From: a virus
Lineage: Duplodnaviria; Caudoviricetes
Reading direction: 5' to 3' (one strand)
Length of the DNA stretch: 46,647 nt
IMG/VR virus record: IMGVR_UViG_3300044454_000146
Location: 1-46,647 of that record
Below the pieces are notes generated by a model. That model did not search any database. It was not told where the DNA came from and saw only the letters and a list, made by a program, of their open reading frames with translations. Below, piece after piece: positions 35,032-44,794 of this stretch (positions are counted from its first letter, which is position 1; every line of letters begins with the position of its first letter). The position numbers were made by a program, and so were the translations under genes.

Positions 35032-37587
35032 CTAGCTATCCGTACCAGGGATCTCATAGAGCTTCGGGTAGGTCTTCATGCCCCAGCCCGCCCACGGGCG
35101 GTTCGGGTCGTTCACCACATCGGTGATCTCGGGGCGACCCGGCGCTGTTGGCGTGGCCGGCCCGGCGCTCTTCAGTGCGGCCTCCACCTCGTCGGGCAAC
35201 ACCACGCTGGGCTGATCGCCTTCGATGGTCGCGATCTTCTGCATCAGCTCGGAGAGCTGCGCCTTCAGCGTCGTCAGTTCAGCGGCGCGGGCGTCGTCCT
35301 TCTGCGCCACACCGCCGTACATGCCCTTCAGCTCGCTGTGCATATCGCCGATGGACTTCACCATGTCTTGCATTTTGAGCACGGGGGCCAGATACTGCTG
35401 GAGCTGCGCCCAGAACTCGGCCGGCGTCATGTTGCCGATCACGTCTTCGCCGCCTATGTCTTCGGGTTCTTCGATGCCGCCCTCGGCCATGTCTTCCATT
35501 GGCGACTCGTCCGCCACGTCGCCGATGGCCTTCTCGGCAATGACCGCATCCTCAGTGGGCGCGGCCTTGACGGTGTAGACCACGCCGCCGATCGTGATCT
35601 CAGCGGGCGGTTCCGCCGGCGGTGGTGGTGGTGGGGCGTCCTCGCTCTTGTAGGCGATGCCCTGGGCCGCCGCGTCTTTCTCGGTCGCGACGAGCTGCGC
35701 ACCGAGCGCGAGCGCCTGGGCTTTGTCGAGGCCGAGATCGGTAATGGCCGCCTTGAAGCGGCGCTCCATTTCGTCCATATCCATGCGTTGCTCCTTGACC
35801 GCGAGGCCGGTAAATAAATTGCTGGCCCGACCGTAGGTCATGGGGACCAGCGACCGCTCAAACGTGCGGATAGTCGAAAACACCCCATCGGGACTCGGCT
35901 GGTCGAGGGGGTGAAAGAAGCCGGGCGACAGCTCGTACTGATCGGCCTTCCGCGTGATGGTCTCGGCAATCTGCGGATCGCGAAACGTGCCGCTCTCGAT
36001 CCGCGTGCGGCCGATCAGGGTGCTGTAGTCGCAGTCGCCAATATCCAGGCCCGGCCCCCAGGGACAAGCGGCATCGAAGGGATCAGGACTGCCCACGTGC
36101 CAGTAGCGCAGCGGGCCGAACTGCTTGGTTGCCGTCATTCGCTGACTGTCCTGGTCGAGCGCGTCGCTGGCGATGATCTCGTGGTCGCGATCGCGGTAGG
36201 CGGTGGTGGTGCGGGCGATCCAGCGATGGCGGCCGCTGGCGTCTTTGTAGACCGTGAAGCTCTTCTCGGTCGGCAGCTCCATCTTCTCCGCGCGGTAGAG
36301 CGCTTTGAGTTTGTCCAGCGCCTTGCCCTTGTCCGGCCCCTGATACACGTTCCCACGAAAGCCGGAGTGCAGTGCGGCCCATGCGCTCCCCATCAGCCCG
36401 TGATCGAGCTTGCCGTTCCGCTTGACCTGGAGGTGGTAGGTCGAGGGCTTGGATGGATCTTCGACCACGAGGTAGTCGCCGGGGCTGGCCGCCTTGAAGC
36501 GGCCGGTTTCGTCGATCACGCCGGCGTCCTGCAATTGTCCAATCTCGCTCGTACTCAACTTCGCACCCCCTACCGCGCGCCGCTTCAAGCGGTCGATCTG
36601 GCGCTGCTGTCTCGCCTGGCGCTCCTGCTGCGCGCGGGTGCGGGCGCCTTGCGTTTGCTGCCGGCGCTGTGCGGCAGCCGCCTCGCGGCCCATCCGGGCG
36701 CTGGCGTCCTGCAACGCCGCGTTGTAGCCGCGCACATCGCCGCGCTCGAGCGCTGAGAGTGCCCGCCGGCCCTGGTCAGTGGTCATGCCATCAGTGCCGA
36801 TCAGGCCCAGCGAAGCGAGCGCCGCGCTCTGCGCGCCGCCCGACTCGGCCGCTGTTCGGAGCGCCTGCACATCCGCGGCGGCCAGCCCGACCTGGCGGGC
36901 GGTAGAAGCCGCGCGTTTCGATCGTTCGGCCTGCTGCTGCTGCTTTTTCTGTTCGTCGCTGGGCTTCTTGCCCCCACCGCCGCCGCCTTTGGGCTGTTTG
37001 GCCTCCAGCTTCTTCTTGGCTTCGGCCGCTGCGCGCTGCATGTCCGCCGATAGCTTGTCACGCTCGCGCTGGGCCTGCCTGGCGATGCGCGCCTGCCGGT
37101 CGGCCTGGCGCTGCGCGCGGTCCTGTGCGTGCTCCGCATCCCGCTGCTGCTGGCGCGCCGTGATCGTGGGCGCCTTGCCTTTCCCGCCGCCGGCCTTCTT
37201 GCCGCCCCCGCCCTTCCGTGGCGCTTTTGGCGCAGTGGGCGCAACGTGGTGTGGCGTCGGCTGGCGGCTGAGCACATCGCCGCGCTTTGGGACCGCGCCA
37301 GCTGGCGTGGGCGCGCCGCCGGCCTGGAAGCGGCCGGTGTCGCCGCGGTAGAGGTTGCCGACGATCTGCTTCGCCTTCAGCCGCATGCCCCACTTCTTCC
37401 GCCGCCTGCCGCCCATCCCCGGCGTCGCCAGCAGGCCGCCGGGTCCATGCAGCGGTGCGCCCGCCTCGGTCCCGGCGTCTTTGGATGCGGGCAGGGCGGC
37501 GAAGTTGGTCTGCTTCGCCCAGCGCTTTGCGAAGGGTTGCCCGGTCGCAAAAGCCCAGCGGGCTTGCCTTTTGGATGCGAATGGCAT
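35032..37587 (-). CDS. Multidomain prohead protease/scaffold protein
   Basis: Basic N-terminal half; SFTVYKDASGRHRW..TTTAYRDRDHEII...LRYWH...LSPGF...ERSLVP protease-like domain; acidic coiled-coil C-terminus. Confidence 0.78.
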   Translation of the reverse strand: MPFASKRQARWAFATGQPFAKRWAKQTNFAALPASKDAGTEAGAPLHGPGGLLATPGMGGRRRKKWGMRLKAKQIVGNLYRGDTGRFQAGGAPTPAGAVPKRGDVLSRQPTPHHVAPTAPKAPRKGGGGKKAGGGKGKAPTITARQQQRDAEHAQDRAQRQADRQARIARQAQRERDKLSADMQRAAAEAKKKLEAKQPKGGGGGGKKPSDEQKKQQQQAERSKRAASTARQVGLAAADVQALRTAAESGGAQSAALASLGLIGTDGMTTDQGRRALSALERGDVRGYNAALQDASARMGREAAAAQRRQQTQGARTRAQQERQARQQRQIDRLKRRAVGGAKLSTSEIGQLQDAGVIDETGRFKAASPGDYLVVEDPSKPSTYHLQVKRNGKLDHGLMGSAWAALHSGFRGNVYQGPDKGKALDKLKALYRAEKMELPTEKSFTVYKDASGRHRWIARTTTAYRDRDHEIIASDALDQDSQRMTATKQFGPLRYWHVGSPDPFDAACPWGPGLDIGDCDYSTLIGRTRIESGTFRDPQIAETITRKADQYELSPGFFHPLDQPSPDGVFSTIRTFERSLVPMTYGRASNLFTGLAVKEQRMDMDEMERRFKAAITDLGLDKAQALALGAQLVATEKDAAAQGIAYKSEDAPPPPPPAEPPAEITIGGVVYTVKAAPTEDAVIAEKAIGDVADESPMEDMAEGGIEEPEDIGGEDVIGNMTPAEFWAQLQQYLAPVLKMQDMVKSIGDMHSELKGMYGGVAQKDDARAAELTTLKAQLSELMQKIATIEGDQPSVVLPDEVEAALKSAGPATPTAPGRPEITDVVNDPNRPWAGWGMKTYPKLYEIPGTDS

Positions 37588-37660
37588 ACGCGATCAAAAC
37601 AGGCGCCGGCCCGTTGCAAACGGACCAGCGCCCCGACAAGTCACGTCGTGACGATATGTG

Positions 37661-37810
37661 TCAGACTCTAGTATACACGCTCTCGTCAATATCGGCTTTC
37701 CGACAGCGCGGCGTCCAGCCGTAGCCCTCGAGCAGCGCAGTGTCGAGCGCTTTCAAGAGCGCGATCAGCGTGCCACGAAAGAGCAGCAGGGTGGAAAGGC
37801 TGAGATTCAC
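37661..37810 (-). CDS. Small protein (49 aa)
   Basis: GTGA overlap; MNLSLSTLLLFRGTLIALLKALDTALLEGYGWTPRCRK... Confidence 0.5.
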   Translation of the reverse strand: MNLSLSTLLLFRGTLIALLKALDTALLEGYGWTPRCRKADIDESVYTRV

Positions 37811-38166
37811 CGCAATACCTTCAGCGTCGCCCGGCTGTGCGTGCGGTCCCAGAGAAAGCGCACCCGCCGCGTGACGTTCACCTCTTCAAACGGCTTCGCG
37901 GTGCGCGCCGCGCGCCGCAGTTGCTGCGCCAGCCAGGATGACGCGCTCTGCCAGTCCGGCCGCAGCGCGCAGAGCAGCAGCTGGAACAGCACGCCGTTCC
38001 GCGCCGCCAGGTCGAGCCGATCCGGCGGAAACAGCGCCGCCGCGTCCACGCTACCCTGCCAGAGGTCGATCACCATGCCCTCCGCCGTGCCGATCTGCCG
38101 GCCCGCATCGTTCGTGCTCCAGACGAAGCTGGCCGGAGCCTTCGAGAATAGCTCAACGAGATCCAA
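37807..38166 (-). CDS. Hypothetical protein
   Basis: GGAGG SD; overlaps the upstream stop. Confidence 0.7.
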   Translation of the reverse strand: MDLVELFSKAPASFVWSTNDAGRQIGTAEGMVIDLWQGSVDAAALFPPDRLDLAARNGVLFQLLLCALRPDWQSASSWLAQQLRRAARTAKPFEEVNVTRRVRFLWDRTHSRATLKVLR

Positions 38167-38407
38167 ACCATTCCTCCCAGATGTCGCGCACCGTCGGCAT
38201 GTCTCTGCCGTGCGACGCCGGCGCCGGGTAGTCAGCGGCGGGCGCCGGATAGGACGGCGCGGTGGTCGGCGCGGGCGTGACGTAGGGACGTGGCGTGAAT
38301 GTCGCGCGCAGCGGCGTCACACCCTGCCCGTAGGCGGCATAGGCCGCGCTGAACGCCCACAGGATGATGATGATGAGGATGGCGAACAGGATGGTGAGCA
38401 GCTTCAT
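38153..38407 (-). CDS. Small signal-peptide/TM protein, Pro/Thr-rich
   Basis: GAGG SD; MKLLTILFAILIIIILWAFSAAYA; start trimmed from track ORF 38153..38902. Confidence 0.7.
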   Translation of the reverse strand: MKLLTILFAILIIIILWAFSAAYAAYGQGVTPLRATFTPRPYVTPAPTTAPSYPAPAADYPAPASHGRDMPTVRDIWEEWFGSR

Positions 38408-38880
38408 GTGACCTCGCTGTCGATCGCGCGCTGAAAAATGGCGCCAACCTGCTTGTCCCACTTCTCTCGGATCGCGTCGTCCCACTGCCGTGGCGCGGTG
38501 CCAGGATGGTGGACCGGGCCGCGCGTGAACACGGTCGCGCCGCCCGTCCGGCCGGCGTTGCTGCCGATGTAGCGCGCCCGGCTCTTCGGGCGAAACGGCG
38601 TCTGAAAGACCAGCACCCCGCCAGAGCGCGGTCGGATGAGATGCGGCCCGGTCCCTGCGTTCAATCGCGCGTAGTTTTCGTCGTCCGTGCCGACGGTGCG
38701 CGTGTATGGCGTCGGGCTGCGCACGGCGAAGGTCGGCTGATCGCGCCAGGTTTGCACCGTCACGCGAAAATCGGTCTGCATGTCCAGCGCGACCGCGTTC
38801 AGGGTATTGGTGATCGCCAGCGCCATCTTGCGTGGATCGACACTCAGCTTCTTTGGGATGATGACCCGTGACGCGCCCAT
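38404..38880 (-). CDS. HK97 gp10-like neck/tail completion protein
   Basis: LNAGTGPHLIRP...VHHPGT motif. Confidence 0.65.
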   Translation of the reverse strand: MGASRVIIPKKLSVDPRKMALAITNTLNAVALDMQTDFRVTVQTWRDQPTFAVRSPTPYTRTVGTDDENYARLNAGTGPHLIRPRSGGVLVFQTPFRPKSRARYIGSNAGRTGGATVFTRGPVHHPGTAPRQWDDAIREKWDKQVGAIFQRAIDSEVT

Positions 38881-39443
38881 TACGTCTGAAGCCTCCCATC
38901 ACGCACCTGGAGCGGCGCCCAGTCGGCCGCGCGCTGGCGACAGATTTGACAGTGCTCTTTGTCGCTCATCACCCAGGTGCAATCGTAGTTGTTCTCGCCC
39001 TCCAGCTGATCGATCGACCACTGACACCCGCAGCGGGTGAGGCAGTTCGACGTGCCGTCCCCCGGCATCGCCGGCAGCGGCAGCATCTTCGTCGCGCCCT
39101 GCCAGTATGGCGCCTTAATCCCGCCGGCGTACATCTGCGCCCGTGCGTTCCACCCGTTCTGCCACTCCTTGCCACTGGCGATCGTGATGCCGAACTGCTC
39201 AAGAAAGCCCAGCTGCGTCGCCAGGTCGGCTGTCACCGCCGTCGTCATCGCCGGCGTCAGCGTGTCCACGCCCGCGCCGGACAGCATCGCCGCGCCACTA
39301 TAGCGCGCCAGCTGGCGTGCCACGGTCTCCTGCCACGCGTCCACGCCGCCGGGGTACTCGCGTGCTAAGGCGTCGGTCGCGGCGGCGATCAGGCGCGAGA
39401 GGCGCTGGAGCAGCCAGTCGAGCGGGCCGGGCACGTCAGGCAT
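38880..39443 (-). CDS. Head morphogenesis (MuF-like) protein
   Basis: Follows the portal; PGDGTSNCLTRCGCQW and EHCQIC. Confidence 0.65.
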   Translation of the reverse strand: MPDVPGPLDWLLQRLSRLIAAATDALAREYPGGVDAWQETVARQLARYSGAAMLSGAGVDTLTPAMTTAVTADLATQLGFLEQFGITIASGKEWQNGWNARAQMYAGGIKAPYWQGATKMLPLPAMPGDGTSNCLTRCGCQWSIDQLEGENNYDCTWVMSDKEHCQICRQRAADWAPLQVRDGRLQT

Positions 39444-40983
39444 GGCGCTGCGCCTCCCGCCCTAAGCGCATCGCCCACCCCATTTCCTCGTCGAGCAGCG
39501 CCGCTGCGTCGTCCTCTTCCTTGGACTTCAGCGCCGGAGCCATCGCCTTCGGCGGCGCCGTCGGCGCGCCTTGGAGCAGCGTGAGCGTGGCCGGGTTAAC
39601 CGACCGGGATTCGCTCAGCACCTTCTCGTCATCGCTGATCTGCCCGCCCGCGGTCGCGTCGTCGGCGATCATCTCGGGCGGGAGATCCTCCGAGTCGACC
39701 GCCAGCTGGCGGGCCATCGCCGGACTGATCTCGCCGCTGTCGATCTGGGTCTTGCGGGTCTCGGCGCGCGTCTTCTGGACGGTCGCGCGGGCCTGCTGGT
39801 CGCGCAGGTCGTTGTCGTCGATGAAGTGCAATTCCGTGGTCGCGGGCAGGACCCTATCGGAGACCGTCTGCTCCCACCACTTGATGAACGCCGCGATGCC
39901 AATGCCCTGCGCCTGCTCCTGCAAGACGACCGACTGCGTGCCGGTCCCTAATCCTTGTCCTGAGAGCGGCTGGATGTCCTGCACGGGCACGCCAATCGCG
40001 TTGGCGTAGATGAGATAGCCGTTGTCGCGCTCGTCTTTGGGCACGAAGGAGGTTAATAACTCCTTCAGGCGCACCTCGACCATGCTGATCGGCGTGTCGG
40101 AGGGGATGGCGCCCAGGATCGTGCCGAGATAGTAGACCAGGCCACGACTCTGCGCGTCGGCCTGGCCGCTCTGGAGGATGGATTGCAAGGTCGGGTCGTT
40201 GATACCCTGGAGGAACACCAGCTTGTTCGCGCCGCCGCCGCTCAGGTTCTCATAGACGAGCTGCTCCATCGCGGCGAGTTTGGCGATGGTCTTGTAGGCC
40301 CGGTCGGCCGCGCACCGCCCGACGCCGAACAGCTCGGCACGGGGCGACGGCTGATCGGCGTAGGTGAGGACCTGGTCCCAGCGGAGGATCTGCTGCACGC
40401 CCGAGACGGGCATGTAGCGCACGGGGTAGGCCAGATTGCCGGTGCGGATGCAGCGGAGGGCGTCCATGTGGTACAGCCCGGTGATCTTCGCGCCGCTCGG
40501 CGCGCTCGTCACCGCGGCCTCGGTGAAGCTGCTCGGATCGGCGCCTCCTATGGGCGCGGCCTTCACGCGGACCCGCGTGGTCTCCTCACCTTGTCTGCGG
40601 ATGCGGATGAACACCCCGTTGTCGGTCAGCAGCAGATCCTGCACGACCTTGAGTGCGAAGGGCACCCACCCCTGCCCACCGTCGGCGGCTTTGAGCAGGG
40701 CGAGACTGGCCGCGACCTTGCGCTGACTGTCGGTCGAGTCGCTGATGGTGTAGCCGTGCGCGGCGAACTTGGTCGCCGTGCGCGCCACCGCCGCGGCCCA
40801 CATCGACTCCTTCTCGACGCTACCTATGAGCGTCCAGTCCCGCGCCGGGCTCCAGTAGCGCGGCAGATCGGTGTAGGTCGGGGGGGCGAGCAGCCACGGC
40901 AGCGCCAGGCCGAAGATCGCGCCGGCGTTCGGGTAGGGCAGCGTGTCGCCCGCGATCGCACTGGGCAGCGTGCCGTTCGTCAT
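39436..40983 (-). CDS. Portal protein
   Basis: 515 aa immediately after TerL; VQDLLLTDNGVFIRI; GEISPAMARQ. Confidence 0.85.
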   Translation of the reverse strand: MTNGTLPSAIAGDTLPYPNAGAIFGLALPWLLAPPTYTDLPRYWSPARDWTLIGSVEKESMWAAAVARTATKFAAHGYTISDSTDSQRKVAASLALLKAADGGQGWVPFALKVVQDLLLTDNGVFIRIRRQGEETTRVRVKAAPIGGADPSSFTEAAVTSAPSGAKITGLYHMDALRCIRTGNLAYPVRYMPVSGVQQILRWDQVLTYADQPSPRAELFGVGRCAADRAYKTIAKLAAMEQLVYENLSGGGANKLVFLQGINDPTLQSILQSGQADAQSRGLVYYLGTILGAIPSDTPISMVEVRLKELLTSFVPKDERDNGYLIYANAIGVPVQDIQPLSGQGLGTGTQSVVLQEQAQGIGIAAFIKWWEQTVSDRVLPATTELHFIDDNDLRDQQARATVQKTRAETRKTQIDSGEISPAMARQLAVDSEDLPPEMIADDATAGGQISDDEKVLSESRSVNPATLTLLQGAPTAPPKAMAPALKSKEEDDAAALLDEEMGWAMRLGREAQRHA

Positions 40984-42305
40984 GGCTCGTGTCTCCGCGT
41001 CCAGGCCAAATACCGTAAGGCATCAGGACCGTGATTGAGCGCGTCGATCGGCTGCCCATCCGGGCCGTTGCGGTAGCTGGCCAGCTCATAGCGCAGATGG
41101 ATGCAGCGCGGGTGGACGCGGATGCGTCGCACGCCGTTCTCGTCTTTGGCCAGCATCCGCCGCGTCGCCTTCACGCTCTCGTCGATGCGGTGCGGCTTGC
41201 CCTGCGTGTAGATGTTCTGGAGGTGCAGCCGCCCGCGCAGCTCGGCCGCGGCACTATCGACTGCCGCGTAGTGTGGGGCAGGATAGCCGAGAGCGTGCAC
41301 GGCCGCGATGTGGTCGTTGCTCAGGGTCTTCACCTTGTAGCTTTCGGCGAACACGTCGAGCCGCCCATCGGCCTTCTCCTGGATGAGCAGGAACACGCGC
41401 GGGCTGCTTGTCGGCGTGAAGCGCCCGGTTTTGCGATCAAGCGCGCCCTCATAGCCGTCGTCCACCGCCCAATAGACCGGGCCGCCGTCCGGCATATACT
41501 CCGCGGCCGCGGTCACGTTGCCATCCTCCGGGCCGTCGCTCCAGACATCGTACACCAGATCGGCCGCGGCCGTAAAAGCCTCGATGGCATTGGCCGGGTA
41601 CTCGCGGAGTATGCTGGTCCGATCACCGCCCGACTCGGCCAGCTTCTGATCGCGCCAGTCCGGCGCGCGATCGGGCCGGCTGTCCCACGGCAGAAACACC
41701 GGCGTGTAGCCGCTCGCGCCGGACTGGGCGTGCTGCCAGAACTGATGATAGGCGCTGCCCTGGCCATCGGCCGACGAGATGATGAAGAGCTTGCCGCCGG
41801 CGTCGATCGTCGGCTTGACCGCGGCGAGTGTCTCGGTTCCCCACTGCATGAACGCCCACTCGTCGAGAATAGCCAGGCTTGCCGTGAAGCTGCGCCCGGC
41901 CTTGCGCGTCGCAGCGAGGGAGAGCATGCGCGAGCCGTTCTCCCATTCAAGCAGCCCGGTATTGTCGCGGATGAGGCGCGGCAAACGCGCCTGGTGATGG
42001 TGGTGGTCGTACAGGAAACTGGTCCGGCGAATCAGCTCGTTGGCCTCCAGCTGGCCCTGGCTGTAGGCCAGCACGGGCTGACCGGGATGCTGCGTGCAGA
42101 GCCAGAGCGCGAAGCCGCACACCAGCCAGGAGATGCCGAGCTGGCGCGCTTTGAGAAACACAATCAGCCGCTCCTGCTCCATCGTGGTCAGCGCCGTTTG
42201 CTGCGCGTCCCACAGGGCAAAGGGCGCGCTCGATCCGGTGGCGCCGCCCACCACCTCGATCCGCGTCGCCTCAAGAAACGCCGCCGGCGTCAGGCGCGGA
42301 GTCAT
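40980..42305 (-). CDS. terL: Terminase large subunit
   Basis: LKARQLGIS, AILDEWAF, IISSADG, AVDDG, NHGPDALRY; likely start ATG 42305. Confidence 0.95.
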   Translation of the reverse strand: MTPRLTPAAFLEATRIEVVGGATGSSAPFALWDAQQTALTTMEQERLIVFLKARQLGISWLVCGFALWLCTQHPGQPVLAYSQGQLEANELIRRTSFLYDHHHHQARLPRLIRDNTGLLEWENGSRMLSLAATRKAGRSFTASLAILDEWAFMQWGTETLAAVKPTIDAGGKLFIISSADGQGSAYHQFWQHAQSGASGYTPVFLPWDSRPDRAPDWRDQKLAESGGDRTSILREYPANAIEAFTAAADLVYDVWSDGPEDGNVTAAAEYMPDGGPVYWAVDDGYEGALDRKTGRFTPTSSPRVFLLIQEKADGRLDVFAESYKVKTLSNDHIAAVHALGYPAPHYAAVDSAAAELRGRLHLQNIYTQGKPHRIDESVKATRRMLAKDENGVRRIRVHPRCIHLRYELASYRNGPDGQPIDALNHGPDALRYLAWTRRHEP

Positions 42306-42666
42306 CGCTTTCGTCGGCGAGGGCTTCGAGAAGGCGAATTTGTTTATCGGCAATGACCCCGTGAAGTACCGCAACTTCCGAGGCGGACTGTTGTTTAAGC
42401 CAGGTGGCATCGCGGAACACCCTCACCTGCTCGCGGAGCGTCGTCAGCCCCTCTTCGATATAGTCCAGCAGTAACGCGCCGATGCGCTCTCTTTTTGTGG
42501 ATGCGCTGGATGCATCCGGCGCGCCCAGGCCAGCCACGTCACGCTGCTTCCAGCTTTTGAGCGTCCCAATCGGCACATTTAGCATGCGCGAGACTTCGCT
42601 GAACGACTGCCCGGTGAGCAGCGCGGCCAGCGCCTGGGCCTTGACCTGGTCGCTGTACTCGGCCAC
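42271..42666 (-). CDS. terS: Terminase small subunit (N-terminal HTH)
   Basis: YSDQVKAQALAALL..SEVSRMLNVPIGTLKSWK; overlaps the terL start. Confidence 0.75.
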   Translation of the reverse strand: MAEYSDQVKAQALAALLTGQSFSEVSRMLNVPIGTLKSWKQRDVAGLGAPDASSASTKRERIGALLLDYIEEGLTTLREQVRVFRDATWLKQQSASEVAVLHGVIADKQIRLLEALADESDDSAPDAGGVS

Positions 42667-42668
42667 GC

Positions 42669-42836
42669 TTACCCCCCGAGCAGGCGCGGCAGCAGCGCGG
42701 GCAGAATGAGCAGCAGCGCGCCGAGCACGAAGGCCGCCGCGAACCGTCGGGTGTTCCACGCGCCCGCAATCAGCGTGCTCGCGCCAGCGGCGATCGCCGC
42801 GCAGACGAGCAAGAGCAAAAAGGTCATGATGGTCAT
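42669..42836 (-). CDS. Two-TM small protein (holin candidate)
   Basis: GAGG SD, ATGA overlap; MTIMTFLLLLVCAAIAAGASTLIAGAWNTRRFAAAFVLGALLLILPALLPRLLGG; dual Met start; not in track. Confidence 0.55.
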   Translation of the reverse strand: MTIMTFLLLLVCAAIAAGASTLIAGAWNTRRFAAAFVLGALLLILPALLPRLLGG

Positions 42837-43270
42837 AGAAACCTCATATGGACCAGCAGCACGTAGGCGACGAGCAGCAGCACGCCAAACGTCATGCCGA
42901 TCAGAAAGAAATTCCGCGCCGCCAGGTAGCGCGCGTGCATGGCTTCGAGCTTCAGCGCGAGCAGCTCGTCCCGCAGTTCGTTCGACGCCGTAATCTGGCG
43001 CCGGCCGCGCGCAGCCTCGTCCGCCAGGCGGAACTCGTACTCGCTGTCGTACTGCTCGCGCACGACCTGGCGGGCCTGCTCGACGATCGGCGACAGCGGC
43101 GCGTGGCTTTGCAGCTCCGCGAGCGCAATCCGAATGGACTCGATCTCGGTCGGCACCTTCGGATCGGCGCTGTTGCCGTCGCGGGCTTTCATGACCTCCA
43201 GTTCACGCAGCCGCGCAGTATGCGCCTCTATCAGCCGCTCCGCGTGCTCGCGCGCGTCAGGCGTCGCCAT
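42833..43270 (-). CDS. Coiled-coil protein with C-terminal TM
   Basis: GGAGG SD before ATG 43270; FFLIGMTFGVLLLVAYVLLV. Confidence 0.7.
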   Translation of the reverse strand: MATPDAREHAERLIEAHTARLRELEVMKARDGNSADPKVPTEIESIRIALAELQSHAPLSPIVEQARQVVREQYDSEYEFRLADEAARGRRQITASNELRDELLALKLEAMHARYLAARNFFLIGMTFGVLLLVAYVLLVHMRFL

Positions 43271-43565
43271 CGCCCACCTCCCCGATCGCCCGTTCCTCGC
43301 CGGGGACATGGGAGGTCTTCAGCTGTTCGATTTCGATCGCCAATGCCGCCACCGCGTTGATCAGCTGGTTCACTTTGTCATCGACCGACACGACCGCGCC
43401 GGCCGCCATGCTGGATGCCCCGCCGATGGTCGCGGCGATCATATCGCTGAGCGCCGCCTGGAACGCGGCGAGCAGCAGCGGATCGGCGTGGTGCGGCAGG
43501 AGCGCGCCAACCGCACGGGCGAGCGCGTCCGCGCAGCGCGTGACCTCAGACGGCCCCGGCTCCAT
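43257..43565 (-). CDS. Hypothetical helical protein
   Basis: AAGGA SD; overlaps the next gene. Confidence 0.65.
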   Translation of the reverse strand: MEPGPSEVTRCADALARAVGALLPHHADPLLLAAFQAALSDMIAATIGGASSMAAGAVVSVDDKVNQLINAVAALAIEIEQLKTSHVPGEERAIGEVGDGDA

Positions 43566-43574
43566 CGCACATCC

Positions 43575-44303
43575 TTATCCTGGCCAGTAGCCGGCCACGG
43601 TCAGCCACACGTTGGCGCTGCGCCCCTCCGGCGCGATGCTCAGCCAGAGTGAGCCGCCCGGCCCGGCGTTGACAATGCCCACCGTGTGTACTTGCAGGTT
43701 CGGCTGCTGCGTGTTGGCGGTCAGCTGTCCAGGCTGCTGCTCGGTGCCGAGCCGCGCGCGCGTATCGGCCGATGCCGCCTGGACGACCAACCGCACATTG
43801 TAGGCCCGGCAGTGTGCGGGCACGCCAGCGTAGAGCGCTGCGACGCTAAGGCTGCGCCCGCCGCTCACGGCCTGGCCGTCAACGCCGGCGGAGTAGGCGT
43901 TTGGCTGGATCGGCACATAGGCGCTGGCGCTGAGCGCGGGCGGGAAGGGCGCCGCGCCCGGCACATCCGCCGTAAAAAACTGGCTGCCCTCCCAGGCGAT
44001 CCAGCACAGTTTCCCGGTGGAGTGGTCGACGCTGATCTCGCCGCGTCCCGTACACCGGTGTTGGAGCGGAAGATCCGTCGCGGTCGCGCCGATGTAGCGA
44101 AAGACCCGGAACCGAAAGTCACCGTCCGGGCCGCGCGAGCAGCACGCCATATGAAACAGGCCGGCCGCGTCCGATGTGCCGCTGATGTCAGCGCCGCCGT
44201 ACAGCGCTTGCCCCGGAATCGTGTCGCGAGTCGATACACCTTCGGGGTCGAAGCTGTAGCCATCCGGCAGCGCCCGTGGCGTCAACTGCGTCGTAATCAT
44301 CAT
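43575..44303 (-). CDS. Hypothetical protein with a C-terminal beta-sandwich-like domain
   Basis: GAGG SD; GVPAHCRAYNVRL...NVWLTVAGYW. Confidence 0.7.
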   Translation of the reverse strand: MMITTQLTPRALPDGYSFDPEGVSTRDTIPGQALYGGADISGTSDAAGLFHMACCSRGPDGDFRFRVFRYIGATATDLPLQHRCTGRGEISVDHSTGKLCWIAWEGSQFFTADVPGAAPFPPALSASAYVPIQPNAYSAGVDGQAVSGGRSLSVAALYAGVPAHCRAYNVRLVVQAASADTRARLGTEQQPGQLTANTQQPNLQVHTVGIVNAGPGGSLWLSIAPEGRSANVWLTVAGYWPG

Positions 44304-44311
44304 AGCGACCC

Positions 44312-44533
44312 TCAGCGACAGATACAGATCGGTAGTGGCGGCGGCGGGTTTGGCGGCCCGCACCGGCAGCAGTCATCGCGCTCGATAAACGTGCCGTCGG
44401 GCGCAAAGATTCGCGTAGCGGTGGAGTGCTGCGCAGACGGATCGCCAGCGCGGATCTGCGTCTCGCCGCGTGAGACAAAGCCACACCGGCAATGATAGCT
44501 GCCGTTAATCGGGTGCGCGTAGTGGGTTTTCAT
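44312..44533 (-). CDS. Small Cys/His-rich protein (73 aa)
   Basis: AAAGGAGG SD before ATG 44533; HCRCG, DCCRCG, PICICR. Confidence 0.6.
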   Translation of the reverse strand: MKTHYAHPINGSYHCRCGFVSRGETQIRAGDPSAQHSTATRIFAPDGTFIERDDCCRCGPPNPPPPLPICICR

Positions 44534-44650
44534 CGCTCCTCCTTTATACGGCGCGTGCATAACTGGCCAGCAGGGGTCACACCTTGCACTTGACCTTTGG
44601 CGGCGGGATCCTGCATCAGCTTGTGCAAGATGTCGCGGTAGGTTGCCAGC

Positions 44651-44794
44651 TTAGCACACGAGCAGTCGCGCGCCCTCAGGCCACGCTTCGGGCGGCTGCC
44701 AGGTCAGCCGGGCCTGCCAGCGTGCGATCCGCCGGCCGCCGTGGCAGCCACACGCCACGGAGATCGGATACTCAATCCATGTGCCACGTTTCAT
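44651..44794 (-). CDS. Small protein (47 aa)
   Basis: GGAGG SD, ATGA overlap with the amidase stop; MKRGTWIEYPISVACGCHGG... Confidence 0.45.
   Translation of the reverse strand: MKRGTWIEYPISVACGCHGGRRIARWQARLTWQPPEAWPEGARLLVC

Noticed and set aside
37670-37689. TTGACG...TATACT promoter before the protease gene
   Set aside because: Spacer is only 8 bp; the -10 may be real but cannot be supported as a canonical promoter
44312-44794. RiPP precursor peptides
   Set aside because: No radical SAM, YcaO, lanthipeptide synthetase or transporter in the genome
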